Positions 29,885 to 38,993 of a stretch of DNA of 64,000 nt are shown piece after piece; position 1 is the first letter of the stretch, and each line of letters opens with the position of its first letter. Source of the DNA: Clostridiales bacterium UBA5448 (lineage in GTDB: Bacteria > Bacillota > Clostridia > Oscillospirales > SIG627). The stretch spans positions 363,540 to 427,539 of the forward strand of contig DIRA01000014.1 in assembly GCA_002427425.1 (NCBI GenBank). The letters are read 5' to 3'. A program made the position numbers and the translations under genes. The notes below the pieces were generated by a model. It saw only the letters and a list, made by a program, of their open reading frames with translations, was not told the origin of the DNA and did not search any database.

Positions 29885-31027
29885 ATGGATATGCAGACAT
29901 ATCGGAGTCAAATGGATGAAGTGGACCAACAATTGGTGTCATTGTTTGTAAAACGGATGGAATTATCACAAACCATAGCCCAATATAAAGCCGACCATAA
30001 ACTACCCCTCTATGACCCCCAAAGAGAACGGGAAAAACTTTCACACATTGCTTCACAAGTGGGGCCTTCCATGGCCACGTATACCGATGCTTTGTATTCG
30101 TTTCTCTTTGAAATGAGTCGTTCCTGCCAGCGCAAGCAAATGGGACAAAACACTGCCCTCACAGGGGAGATTCTCAAAGCGTTGGAACAAACCGAGCCTC
30201 TTTTTCCCCCCCGTGCTTTGGTGGCGTGTCAAGGGGTGGAAGGGGCGTTTTCTCAACAAGCATGCGAAAAAATTTTTTCCTCCCCCCATATTTTGTATTT
30301 CAATTCCTTTGAAGGGGTATTTTCCGCCATTGACAAGGGATTGTGCCGCTATGGTATTTTGCCGTTGGAAAACAGCAGTGCCGGCTCGGTGAATAAAATT
30401 TATGATTTGATGATGAAATACAATTTTAGTATCGTCCGCAGCACCCGTTTGAAAGTGGATCATTGTCTGCTTGTAAATCCCGGGGTGAAGTTAAAAGATA
30501 TTAAGGAAATTTTGTCCCATGATCAGGCTTTTGCCCAGTGCCAAGATTTTCTCAAGACCATGGAAAACGTGAAAATCTCTTCCTGTGATAATACGGCTGC
30601 TGCTGCCAAATATCTATACGAATCGGGGCGTGCCGATGCCGCCGCATTGTCCTCCCGCAACTGTGCCGAACTGTATGGCTTAGACTGCTTACAAGAATCG
30701 GTACAGGACCAGGGAAGCAATTATACCCGGTTTATCTGCATTTCCAAGAAATTGGAAATCTTTCCAGGGGCAGATATAACCAGCATTATGATGGTATTAC
30801 CCCATAAACCCGGTTCCGTATACAAAGTGTTGGCACGGTTTTATGCATTGGGAATTAATTTAATCAAATTGGAAAGTAGGCCCTTGCCCAACAGCGATTT
30901 TGAATTTATGTTTTATTTTGATTTGGATGTTTCGGTATATTCCGATGCCTTCAAGCAAATTTTCGGGGATCTGGAAGAGCTGTGTGTCTCCATGAAATAC
31001 TTAGGAAGCTATACTGAAGCTGTATAA
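29885..31027 (+). CDS. pheA: Bifunctional chorismate mutase / prephenate dehydratase
   Basis: N-terminal CM_2 helix bundle (IDEVDQQLVSLFVKRMELS), then a PDT domain (YGILPLENSSAGSV) and a C-terminal ACT domain (ESRP). Confidence 0.9.
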   Translation: MDMQTYRSQMDEVDQQLVSLFVKRMELSQTIAQYKADHKLPLYDPQREREKLSHIASQVGPSMATYTDALYSFLFEMSRSCQRKQMGQNTALTGEILKALEQTEPLFPPRALVACQGVEGAFSQQACEKIFSSPHILYFNSFEGVFSAIDKGLCRYGILPLENSSAGSVNKIYDLMMKYNFSIVRSTRLKVDHCLLVNPGVKLKDIKEILSHDQAFAQCQDFLKTMENVKISSCDNTAAAAKYLYESGRADAAALSSRNCAELYGLDCLQESVQDQGSNYTRFICISKKLEIFPGADITSIMMVLPHKPGSVYKVLARFYALGINLIKLESRPLPNSDFEFMFYFDLDVSVYSDAFKQIFGDLEELCVSMKYLGSYTEAV

Positions 31028-31033
31028 AAAATG

Positions 31034-31064
31034 AAAGAGAATTGGAATTTCCAATTCTCTTTTT
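31034..31064. terminator. Bidirectional terminator between convergent pheA and the trpB-like gene
   Basis: AGAGAATTGG-AATTT-CCAATTCTCT flanked by AAA and TTTT. Confidence 0.75.
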
Positions 31065-31160
31065 AAAGTGTTTAGTGACAACGGCGTTTTTTGGCTTCTT
31101 CCCATTCTCATATATCTCCTGTGAATGCGCCATAGTCATACTTCCTATTGGGTATTTTTG

Positions 31161-32528
31161 TTATATCTTTGGTATACCCGCAAACCCTGCTGCCAATTCT
31201 TCATCCGTGGGAATATAGTCGCTCATTGTTCCATCGTGGAATTTTTCATACGCCATCATATCGAAGTAACCGGTACCGGTCAGCCCAAAGAGAATGGTTT
31301 TTTCTTCTCCTGTTTCTTTGCATTTCAAGGCTTCGTCAATGGCTGCTTTGATGGCGTGGCTGCTTTCGGGTGCGGGCAGGATGCCTTCCACCCGGGCAAA
31401 CGTTTCCGCCGCTTGGAAAACGGAGGTTTGCTCCACGGCAATCGCTTCCATCAATCCGTCGTGATATAGCTGAGACAAGATGCTGCTCATACCGTGATAC
31501 CGCAGACCGCCTGCATGGTTGGGAGCCGGTATAAAGCCACTGCCCAAGGTGTACATTTTAGAAAGTGGGCAAACCATGCCCGTATCGCAGAAGTCGTAGG
31601 CAAAAACGCCCCGGGTAAAGGAGGGACAGGAGGCGGGTTCCACGGCAATGATGCGGTAATCCGCTTCTCCTCGGAGTTTTTCTCCCATGAACGGTGCGAT
31701 CAAGCCACCCAGATTGGATCCGCCCCCAGCACATCCGATGATGATGTCGGGTTTCACGCCGTATTTATCCAGAGCGATTTTGGATTCCAGTCCGATGATG
31801 GACTGATGCAACAGCACCTGATTCAATACGCTGCCCAGCACATACCGATATCCTTCTGAGGTGACGGCGACTTCCACCGCTTCGGAAATGGCACATCCCA
31901 AGCTCCCTGTGGTACCGGGATGGTCCGCCAATATCTTTCTGCCCACGGCGGTTTCCATGGAGGGAGAAGGAGTGACCGAAGCGCCGTAGGTGCGCATCAC
32001 TTCCCGGCGGAAGGGTTTTTGTTCATACGATACTTTCACCATAAATACTTTACAGTCCAGTCCGAAATAAGAACATGCCATGGAAAGGGCGGTGCCCCAC
32101 TGGCCGGCACCCGTTTCGGTGGTAAGGCCTTTGAGACCCTGCTGATTGGCATAATAGGCTTGGGCAATGGCGGTATTTAATTTATGGCTTCCGCTGGTGT
32201 TGTTTCCTTCGAACTTATAATAAATGTTCGCAGGGGTTTGGAGTTTTTCTTCCAGGTAGTAGGCTCTCACCAGGGGAGCGGGACGATACATCGTATAGAA
32301 ATTCTGGATATCCGGGGGAATTTCAAAATAGGCGGTGTTGTCATCCAACTCTTGGCGAACAAGCTCTTTGCAAAACACGGCTTCCAGTTCTTCCGCTCTC
32401 ATGGGCTCCTTTGTCCCCGGATTGAGGAGGGGAGCCGGCTTGTTTTTCATATCTGCCCTGAGATTGTACCAGGCCTTGGGTATCTCGTCTTCTCTGAGGT
32501 AGATTTTGTAGGGGATGGGGTTTTTCAT
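31161..32528 (-). CDS. trpB: TrpB-like PLP-dependent enzyme (TrpB2-type tryptophan synthase beta chain)
   Basis: 455 aa (long TrpB2 form). NNTSGSHKLN lysine motif and GCAGGGSNLGG. Preceded by a Trp-specific T-box. No trpA is present in the window. Confidence 0.85.
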   Translation of the reverse strand: MKNPIPYKIYLREDEIPKAWYNLRADMKNKPAPLLNPGTKEPMRAEELEAVFCKELVRQELDDNTAYFEIPPDIQNFYTMYRPAPLVRAYYLEEKLQTPANIYYKFEGNNTSGSHKLNTAIAQAYYANQQGLKGLTTETGAGQWGTALSMACSYFGLDCKVFMVKVSYEQKPFRREVMRTYGASVTPSPSMETAVGRKILADHPGTTGSLGCAISEAVEVAVTSEGYRYVLGSVLNQVLLHQSIIGLESKIALDKYGVKPDIIIGCAGGGSNLGGLIAPFMGEKLRGEADYRIIAVEPASCPSFTRGVFAYDFCDTGMVCPLSKMYTLGSGFIPAPNHAGGLRYHGMSSILSQLYHDGLMEAIAVEQTSVFQAAETFARVEGILPAPESSHAIKAAIDEALKCKETGEEKTILFGLTGTGYFDMMAYEKFHDGTMSDYIPTDEELAAGFAGIPKI

Positions 32529-32566
32529 GTCTGTTTGCTCCTTTCAATCATGGTTGTCAGAGGCAA

Positions 32567-32838
32567 ATAAAAAATCTCTTGCCTCTGCAAATTCTTATGC
32601 AGGGACAAGAGAATACTCTCCTGCGGTGCCACCCGGCTTGACACAGATACTGTGCCCACTTTAACGTACCTCAATACGCTGACCCTTGATAACGGACAGT
32701 CACCCCCGTCGCACCTACTCGAAATTCTTTCGGATTGCCCTCCCAAGTCCATTCATCCCCATCTTTGGCACCGCCATTTCACCGCCGGCGGCTCTCTGTA
32801 TCCTCTGATACGCAGGATTACTTCTCTTGTTCATCGGT
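32567..32838 (-). promoter_or_regulatory. T-box riboswitch leader with a Trp (UGG) specifier
   Basis: The minus strand carries, in the canonical order:
- a GA motif and AGAGA-AGUA near the 5' end
- CAGAGAG...GGUGAAA
- the specifier context GAA-UGG-A (32754-32748)
- an AGUAGG box
- the T-box core CCGGGUGGCACCGCAGG (32636-32620)
- a 14-bp terminator stem (32611-32576) followed by AUUUUUUAU. Confidence 0.85.
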
Positions 32839-32845
32839 TTGTTGC

Positions 32846-32874
32846 AGTATATCACGCGACTTTGGGTTTGTCAA
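32846..32874 (-). promoter_or_regulatory. Promoter of the Trp T-box / trpB-like transcript
   Basis: The minus strand reads TTGACA (32874-32869), 17 nt, TATACT (32851-32846). Confidence 0.65.
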
Positions 32875-32939
32875 CACCTTTTTATAAATTTTTTATGAAA
32901 AAAGGTTAACCCCTATCCGTTCATGTCATATACTGCATC

Positions 32940-32985
32940 AAAACACATAAATTATTTTTCAGAAAAACACATAAATTATTTTTCA
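32940..32985 (+). repeat. Tandem direct repeat (2 x about 22 nt) just upstream of the leu promoter; includes a CodY-box-like sequence
   Basis: AAAACACATAAATTATTTTTCA occurs twice (32940-32961 and 32964-32985). ATTTTTCAGAAAAAC at 32954-32968 matches 12 of 15 positions of the AATTTTCWGAAAATT CodY consensus. Confidence 0.4.
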
Positions 32986-32993
32986 AGAAACTA

Positions 32994-33022
32994 TTGACAA
33001 GATGATAAATCTCTGCTATACT
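32994..33022 (+). promoter_or_regulatory. Promoter of the leu/ilv leader
   Basis: TTGACA (32994-32999), 17 nt, TATACT (33017-33022). Confidence 0.65.
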
Positions 33023-33057
33023 CACAACCAAACCAAGCGAAAGGAAACGAGAAGATT

Positions 33058-33159
33058 ATGATGAATCTGTTTGTACTTGTCAATATCGTAATTGCTGTTA
33101 TTGTCCTTCTCCTTATTGACAATGACAGAAATTGCTGTTGCCTACAAACAGAAGCTTAA
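33058..33159 (+). CDS. Candidate branched-chain amino acid leader peptide 1 (33 aa)
   Basis: MMNLFVLVNIVIAVIVLLLIDNDRNCCCLQTEA has 14 of the 17 residues 4-20 as Leu, Ile or Val. It lies between a promoter and a terminator upstream of leuA. The RBS is weak or distant (AAAGGAAA 13 nt upstream). Confidence 0.5.
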   Translation: MMNLFVLVNIVIAVIVLLLIDNDRNCCCLQTEA

Positions 33160-33187
33160 AGGGAATCATCGTATCATCGATTCATGA

Positions 33188-33226
33188 AAAGCCTTGTAGT
33201 GTAATAGCTACAGGGCTTTCTTTGTT
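33188..33226 (+). terminator. Intrinsic terminator after leader peptide 1
   Basis: AAAGCCTTGTAG-TGTAATAG-CTACAGGGCTTT, with one G-U pair. The distal TT of the 3' arm begins a TTCTTTGTT tract. Confidence 0.65.
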
Positions 33227-33254
33227 ATATATTTGTTCTCAGGAGGAAACTGGA

Positions 33255-33356
33255 ATGAACCATGCAGAAATCAAACGAATTCTTGTATATGGCATTCTTA
33301 GCATTGTCGTACTTATACGACAATGCAGATACGGTTTTGCCACAGGGGAACAATAG
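33255..33356 (+). CDS. Candidate branched-chain amino acid leader peptide 2 (33 aa)
   Basis: Strong AGGAGG RBS 8 nt upstream. MNHAEIKRILVYGILSIVVLIRQCRYGFATGEQ has 11 of the 16 residues 6-21 as Ile, Leu or Val. The 74-aa track ORF 33132-33356 is an unsupported upstream extension of this frame. Confidence 0.55.
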   Translation: MNHAEIKRILVYGILSIVVLIRQCRYGFATGEQ

Positions 33357-33383
33357 ACTCAGCATCAAAAGATGGGTCAATCT

Positions 33384-33408
33384 TCGGGGCAAACACCCCG
33401 ATTTTTTT
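33384..33408 (+). terminator. Intrinsic terminator after leader peptide 2
   Basis: TCGGGG-CAAACA-CCCCGA followed by TTTTTTT, 46 nt before the leuA ATG. Confidence 0.75.
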
Positions 33409-33454
33409 ATTTTTAAATATGAAAGGCTTACCACAAGCCAGAAGGAGGAAACGG

Positions 33455-34984
33455 ATGAAGAGCCGAATTAAAATCTTTGACACAACACTGCGGGACGGTG
33501 AGCAGGCCCCCGGATGCAGCATGAATCTGCATGAAAAAATTGAGGTGGCACGCAGACTCGAACTCCTTCGCGTGGATGTGATCGAAGCCGGCTTTGCCAT
33601 TTCTTCCCCGGGAGACTTTGAATCGGTAACGACGGTAGCCGAAACCATTCAAAATTGTACCGTCGCTTCCTTGGCACGGTGTGCCTACAAAGATATTGAT
33701 GCCGCCTACAACGCACTGCGCAAAGCGGTAGATCCCCGCATCCATGTCTTTCTCGCAACCTCTCCCGTACACATGGAGTATAAATTGAAAATGTCCCCCC
33801 AACAAGTGTTGGAAACCATTGAAACGATGGTCAAGTACGCCAAAAGCCGCTGTCATAACATTGAGTTTTCCGCTGAAGATGCCATGCGAAGCAATCCGGC
33901 GTTCTTGGCACAGGCAGTCAGATGTGCCATTGCTGCCGGTGCCACTGTGATCAACATTCCCGACACCGTGGGATACGCCACCCCCCTGGAAATGCAAAAC
34001 ACGCTGCAATATCTGCGAAAAGAAGTGCCGGAATGTGAAAGCATCGATTTATCCGTCCACTGCCACAATGATTTGGGTATGGCAACCGCCAATACCTTGG
34101 CAGGTATTATAGGAGGTGCCACCCAGGTGGAATGTACCGTCAACGGTTTGGGCGAACGGGCAGGCAATGCACCTTTGGAAGAAGTGGTCATGGCCATCCG
34201 CACCCGTCCTGATCTGTATGGATTGGAAACCAACGTGGATACGTCCCAAATTTATATGGCAAGTAAGACGGTTTATGGCATCATCGGGAGAACCGCTCCC
34301 ATCAACAAGCCGGTCGTGGGCGGAAACGCCTTTGCCCATGAAGCAGGCATTCACCAACACGGGGTATTGGCCAATCGAAGCACCTATGAGATTATGACTC
34401 CCGAATCCATCGGTATTACCACCCGTCAAATGGTTTTGGGCAAACATTCCGGCAGACATGCCTTTGAAGACAGACTGCGGGAATTGGGCTTTAGTTTGAG
34501 CCGAGATGATCTGGAAAGCTGCTTTACCCGCTTCAAAAATTTGTGCGATAAGAAAAAAGATGTCACCGATAAAGATATTCTGGCGCTGGTTCGCAACCTG
34601 GAAGTGACATCGGCAGCGGTTTATGTATTGAAACGTTTCTCGGTACACGCCGGAGGAACCGAATCGGCAACCGCCATTGTAACGCTGGAAAAGGACGGTG
34701 TGGTGACTGAGGAAGTGGCACTGGGCAACGGTCCCGTGGACGCGGCCTATCGGGCGGTGGACAAGATTATTTTACCGCCGGAATATAGTATTGAAAATTA
34801 TGTCATAAACTCTGTATCAGAGGGAAAAGACAGCTTGGGTGAAGTCGTCACCACCTTGAAATACGGCGATCGAATATTTACCGGCCGAGGACTTTCCACC
34901 GATATTATTGAAGCCAGTATTTTGGCATATATACACACACAAAACAAACTGATGGCATATTATCAAACAGAAAAGGGGGCATGA
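33455..34984 (+). CDS. leuA: 2-isopropylmalate synthase
   Basis: Start at [17 protein letters not shown], behind [24 protein letters not shown] motif and the C-terminal LeuA allosteric domain. Confidence 0.92.
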   Translation: MKSRIKIFDTTLRDGEQAPGCSMNLHEKIEVARRLELLRVDVIEAGFAISSPGDFESVTTVAETIQNCTVASLARCAYKDIDAAYNALRKAVDPRIHVFLATSPVHMEYKLKMSPQQVLETIETMVKYAKSRCHNIEFSAEDAMRSNPAFLAQAVRCAIAAGATVINIPDTVGYATPLEMQNTLQYLRKEVPECESIDLSVHCHNDLGMATANTLAGIIGGATQVECTVNGLGERAGNAPLEEVVMAIRTRPDLYGLETNVDTSQIYMASKTVYGIIGRTAPINKPVVGGNAFAHEAGIHQHGVLANRSTYEIMTPESIGITTRQMVLGKHSGRHAFEDRLRELGFSLSRDDLESCFTRFKNLCDKKKDVTDKDILALVRNLEVTSAAVYVLKRFSVHAGGTESATAIVTLEKDGVVTEEVALGNGPVDAAYRAVDKIILPPEYSIENYVINSVSEGKDSLGEVVTTLKYGDRIFTGRGLSTDIIEASILAYIHTQNKLMAYYQTEKGA

Positions 34985-36252
34985 GTATGGGAATGACGTT
35001 GACGCAAAAAATCATCGCAGCCCATTGCGGACGAAAGCGCATCAAAGCGGGTGAAATCGTCATGGCCAATGTGGATATGGTCATGGGCAATGATATTACC
35101 TCGCCCATTGCCATTCGAGAATTTGAAAAAAACGGGTTTATTGATGTATTCAATCGAAATAAAGTTGCTCTGGTTATGGATCATTTTACCCCCAACAAAG
35201 ACATCAAAGCCGCCGAACAGTGCAAAACCGTTCGCTGTTTTGCCCGAGATTACCGCATCTTACATTTTTATGATGTAGGGAAAGTGGGTATTGAACACGC
35301 GTTGCTTCCGGAAAAAGGGTTGGTCGGAAGCGGGGATCTGGTCATTGGCGCCGATTCACACACCTGCACCTACGGAGCCATGGGGGCTTTTTCCACCGGT
35401 GCAGGCTCCACCGACATGGCCTATGCCATGGCAACGGGGCAGGTTTGGTTAAAAGTGCCTGTCGCCATCCGCTTTCTCTTGAAAAACAAACCCTCCAAAT
35501 GGGTATCGGGCAAAGATGTTATTCTCCATATCATCGGTATGATCGGCGTCAGCGGCGCCCGCTATCGTTCCATGGAATTTTGCGGAAACGGCGTATCTTC
35601 CCTTTCGATGGACGACCGCTTTTGTATCGCTAATATGGCGATTGAAGCGGGGGCGAAAAACGGGATATTTGAAGCGGACGAAAAAACGGAAGAATATGAA
35701 CAAGCCAAACGCAAACGAACCATGCGATACACGGCGGATGAGGATGCGGAATATGAAAAAACGTATGAAATTGATTTATCCAAAATCCGTCCTACCGTTG
35801 CCTGTCCCCATTCCCCCGACAATACCCGCGCCGTGGAGGAAGCAGGGGATATTCCCATCGATCAGGTAGTCATCGGTTCCTGTACCAACGGACGGCTGGA
35901 AGATCTTGCTAACGCCGCCATGGTGATGAACGGACGAAAAGTGAGCAAATACTGCCGAACCATCATCATTCCCGCCACCCAGAAAATTTATCTGGAAGCC
36001 TTGGAAATGGGATTCATCACCACCTTTATTGAAGCCGGATGCGCCGTATCCACCCCCACCTGCGGACCTTGTCTGGGAGGGCACATGGGCATATTGGCAA
36101 AGGGAGAACGGGCAGCCAGCACCACCAACCGAAATTTTGTAGGAAGAATGGGTCATCCCGAGAGCGAAGTGTATCTGGTAAGCCCAGCCGTTGCGGCGGC
36201 CACCGCCATTGCCGGGAAACTCGTTTCCCCTGAACAGTTAGGAGGGTTCTGA
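34981..36252 (+). CDS. leuC: 3-isopropylmalate dehydratase large subunit
   Basis: Aconitase-family motifs GADSHT and GSCTNGR, plus CGPCLG. 423 aa. Confidence 0.9.
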   Translation: MSMGMTLTQKIIAAHCGRKRIKAGEIVMANVDMVMGNDITSPIAIREFEKNGFIDVFNRNKVALVMDHFTPNKDIKAAEQCKTVRCFARDYRILHFYDVGKVGIEHALLPEKGLVGSGDLVIGADSHTCTYGAMGAFSTGAGSTDMAYAMATGQVWLKVPVAIRFLLKNKPSKWVSGKDVILHIIGMIGVSGARYRSMEFCGNGVSSLSMDDRFCIANMAIEAGAKNGIFEADEKTEEYEQAKRKRTMRYTADEDAEYEKTYEIDLSKIRPTVACPHSPDNTRAVEEAGDIPIDQVVIGSCTNGRLEDLANAAMVMNGRKVSKYCRTIIIPATQKIYLEALEMGFITTFIEAGCAVSTPTCGPCLGGHMGILAKGERAASTTNRNFVGRMGHPESEVYLVSPAVAAATAIAGKLVSPEQLGGF

Positions 36253-36253
36253 T

Positions 36254-36757
36254 ATGAGGATACAAGGGAAAATTATGTTATACGGTAACAATATCGATAC
36301 CGACGTAATCATTCCGGCTCGATATCTGAACACATCGGATCCCAAAGAACTGGCGGCCCATTGCATGGAAGATTTAGACAAAACCTTTGCCTCCAGGGTA
36401 AAACCGGGGGACATCTTAATGGCAGGAACCAATTTCGGCTGCGGCTCTTCCCGGGAACATGCCCCCATGGCCATCAAAGCCAGCGGCATTGCCTGTGTGG
36501 TTGCCATCGATTTTGCCCGTATTTTTTACCGCAACGCCATCAACATCGGGCTTCCCATTCTGGAATGCGCCGACGCGGTGAAAGAGTGTCGGGAAGGCGA
36601 TCAACTGGATATCGATTTCAACAAGGGAACCATTTACAATGTAACCCAAGGGAAAACCTATCAAACATTCCCTTTTCCTCCGTTTTTACAAAATATCATC
36701 CAAGCCGGAGGCTTGATGCAGGCGGCAAAAAAAACAAAACCGGAGGGGAGAGTATGA
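36254..36757 (+). CDS. leuD: 3-isopropylmalate dehydratase small subunit
   Basis: [15 protein letters not shown] and [14 protein letters not shown] motifs. 167 aa. Confidence 0.9.
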   Translation: MRIQGKIMLYGNNIDTDVIIPARYLNTSDPKELAAHCMEDLDKTFASRVKPGDILMAGTNFGCGSSREHAPMAIKASGIACVVAIDFARIFYRNAINIGLPILECADAVKECREGDQLDIDFNKGTIYNVTQGKTYQTFPFPPFLQNIIQAGGLMQAAKKTKPEGRV

Positions 36758-37833
36758 CAGGAAAAATTACCCTCATACCGGGAGATGGAATCGGCCCTGA
36801 GATCGTTTCCGCGGCGGTGTGTGTATTGAAAAAAGTGGAAGAACAGTTTGGTCATTCCTTTTCCTATACGAAGGTTCTTGCTGGTGGCTGTGCCATCGAT
36901 GAAACAGGGGAACCCCTCCCTGCCGAAACCGTTCGTATCTGTAAAGAAAGCGATGGGATTTTAATGGGGGCCGTGGGTGGCCCGAAATGGGAAGGATTAC
37001 CCGGTCATATGCGGCCGGAAAAGGCTTTGCTGGGGATTCGCAAGAAACTCGGGCTGTATGCCAACATTCGCCCCGCCAAACTCTTTCCCTCCCTGGCATC
37101 TTCTTCCCCCTTGCGCCCTGATCTGGTGGAACAGGGATTGGATTTTATCGTGGTGCGGGAACTGACCGGCGGCATCTATTACGGGGAACGAGGCAGACGA
37201 GAAAGCAACGGCATTCCCCAAGCCTTTGATACCAAACAGTATGGGATGGATGAAATTGAGCGGATCGGAACCGTGGCCTTTAATTTGGCTATGAAACGAC
37301 GCAAAAAATTGGTGAGCGTGGATAAGGCTAACGTGTTGGAAACCTCACGTTTATGGCGGGAAGGGATGCATCGGCTTTCAAAGGAATATCCCGAAGTGGA
37401 ATACAGTGACATGCTGGTGGATAATGCAGCCATGCAGTTGGTTCGCTTCCCCTCCCAATTTGATGTGATGGTCACGAGCAACCTGTTCGGAGATATTTTG
37501 TCCGACGAAGCGTCGGTACTGACGGGATCCATCGGGCTGTTGCCCTCCGCGTCTTTGGGAAACAGCCACATCGGGTTATACGAACCCATTCACGGATCTG
37601 CCCCCGATTTGGCAGGCACGGGGAAAGCCAATCCCATCGGCACCATTCTTTCAGCAGCTATGCTGCTACGCCACTCTTTTTCCTTGATAAAGGAAGCCGC
37701 TTGTATTGAAGTTGCCGTGGAAAACACGTTGAATAGCGGTGTGAGAACTGCCGACATTGCCGGGGAAGGTAAAAACAGGGTATCCACACAAGAAATGACC
37801 GAACAAATCGTCAAGCACATGGGAACACTTTGA
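36754..37833 (+). CDS. leuB: 3-isopropylmalate dehydrogenase
   Basis: Start at [18 protein letters not shown], overlapping the leuD stop. [12 protein letters not shown] motif. The 490-aa track ORF from 36361 is an out-of-frame overlap with leuD. Confidence 0.92.
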   Translation: MTGKITLIPGDGIGPEIVSAAVCVLKKVEEQFGHSFSYTKVLAGGCAIDETGEPLPAETVRICKESDGILMGAVGGPKWEGLPGHMRPEKALLGIRKKLGLYANIRPAKLFPSLASSSPLRPDLVEQGLDFIVVRELTGGIYYGERGRRESNGIPQAFDTKQYGMDEIERIGTVAFNLAMKRRKKLVSVDKANVLETSRLWREGMHRLSKEYPEVEYSDMLVDNAAMQLVRFPSQFDVMVTSNLFGDILSDEASVLTGSIGLLPSASLGNSHIGLYEPIHGSAPDLAGTGKANPIGTILSAAMLLRHSFSLIKEAACIEVAVENTLNSGVRTADIAGEGKNRVSTQEMTEQIVKHMGTL

Positions 37834-37871
37834 AATACACCTGAACTTATCAGAGAAAGAAGCGTTTTTCT

Positions 37872-38846
37872 ATGGTGAAATGGAATGAAATGAGTCTGCA
37901 AGAAACTCTGGAATATATGAGTAAACTTGACAGCGGCGCTCCCAACAGCCAAAATTATTTTGCCGATGTCGCCATGCATGATTCCCACCGCCCCCTGCAA
38001 ATGTTGGCGGTAACCAAACTGACGGATCAAGCCCTTTTGGCTAAGGTGGCATCCTACCATACCGACTATGAAATATATAGGATCGCACTCCAAAAAATCA
38101 GCGACCCTGCTTTGATTTCAGAGGTAGCCCGAAACGCTTGGGATATATATGCATGTCTTTTGGCTGTACGAAAGATGGACAATCCGGAAGAACTTCTGCA
38201 AATCGCACGGTATCATACCAAAGGGGAAGTCCGCAGGGAGGCGGTGAAAAAAATAAACCAGCCCAAACACTTGATGCAAATCATGCAAACCAACTCCGAT
38301 GACACCGTACGGGCTGCGGCGGTGAAAAAATTGACAGACCCGGATCTTCTGTTTCGGATTGCACGGGAGGAAACTGTGCCGGAGGTGTACCGGGAAGCGT
38401 TGGAAATTCTGGAAGAACAAACAAAAATTGCGGTTGTTTTTCAAGAAAATATATTACAACCCAAAGGAAAAATCGCGTTGCGCCGCCTGAAAGACCTGGC
38501 ACAAATTTACGGCATTGAGGAGGAAATCCTCCCTGTTCTGGCGAAGGGGATGGAGAAATCCGAACTGGTGATGATGGTCATGGATGTAATGGAAAGTAGC
38601 GGTCTGGCATGGTGGGCTTATTGCTGGGAGGTTACCGTGGAAGCCCTGTATGAAATATCCAAACGCCGTCAAAGCTGGGAAGAAACCAAATCGGTGGAAA
38701 GTGCCATCCAAACCATCTATCGTTATCGGGAAGATTTGAGACCAGCCATTGAATCCTATGCCTGGTTTGCACACCATCGATTGGATGACAGGGATGAATA
38801 TGTCATTCTTCCGATGCGATTTGATTACCCGGAAAAGAAAAAATAA
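37872..38846 (+). CDS. Hypothetical helical-repeat (HEAT-like) protein
   Basis: 324 aa with about five 30-aa repeats of the form A(V)xKLTDxxLLxxIAxxxxxxxVRxxA (for example AVTKLTDQALLAKVAS, ALQKISDPALISEVAR, AVKKLTDPDLLFRIAR). Confidence 0.55.
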   Translation: MVKWNEMSLQETLEYMSKLDSGAPNSQNYFADVAMHDSHRPLQMLAVTKLTDQALLAKVASYHTDYEIYRIALQKISDPALISEVARNAWDIYACLLAVRKMDNPEELLQIARYHTKGEVRREAVKKINQPKHLMQIMQTNSDDTVRAAAVKKLTDPDLLFRIAREETVPEVYREALEILEEQTKIAVVFQENILQPKGKIALRRLKDLAQIYGIEEEILPVLAKGMEKSELVMMVMDVMESSGLAWWAYCWEVTVEALYEISKRRQSWEETKSVESAIQTIYRYREDLRPAIESYAWFAHHRLDDRDEYVILPMRFDYPEKKK

Positions 38847-38870
38847 ATCCAAACGAAACCAAAGGAGTTT

Positions 38871-38969
38871 ATGATGTCTTATCTGTTTGTCAGCCTTATC
38901 GTCTTCCTTATTGGCATTATCGTCATAATTGATAATGCTTTTCGGCGCTGCGCTGGCAAAGAGGTGTGA
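38871..38969 (+). CDS. Candidate branched-chain amino acid leader peptide 3 (32 aa)
   Basis: AAAGGAG RBS. MMSYLFVSLIVFLIGIIVIIDNAFRRCAGKEV has 12 of the 16 residues 5-20 as Ile, Leu or Val. It shares MM..LFV...IV......IDN...C with leader 1. It is followed by a terminator and then ilvB. Confidence 0.5.
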   Translation: MMSYLFVSLIVFLIGIIVIIDNAFRRCAGKEV

Positions 38970-38993
38970 ATAGAGTGAAAATAAAACTCTTGA

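Noticed and set aside
32940-32985. CRISPR array or mobile-element end at the direct repeat
   Set aside because: There are only two copies separated by 2 nt. There are no spacers, and no cas or transposase genes. The position fits a promoter-proximal operator better.
33132-33254. 74-aa ORF (33132-33356) taken as a real protein
   Set aside because: The upstream part spans terminator 1 and has no RBS. A strong AGGAGG RBS precedes the internal ATG at 33255, so only the 33-codon version is supported.
33058-33356. The ILV-rich small ORFs as type I toxin or membrane micropeptide genes
   Set aside because: They are hydrophobic enough to be TM peptides. However, each sits between a promoter and a terminator directly upstream of leu/ilv biosynthetic genes, and no antisense RNA promoter is visible. 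The attenuator reading is therefore preferred. It is not formally excluded.
36361-36753. N-terminal 131-codon extension of the leuB ORF
   Set aside because: It overlaps leuD in another frame and encodes an Arg/His/Cys-rich nonsense sequence. The canonical LeuB N-terminus ([16 protein letters not shown]) starts at 36754 with an RBS.
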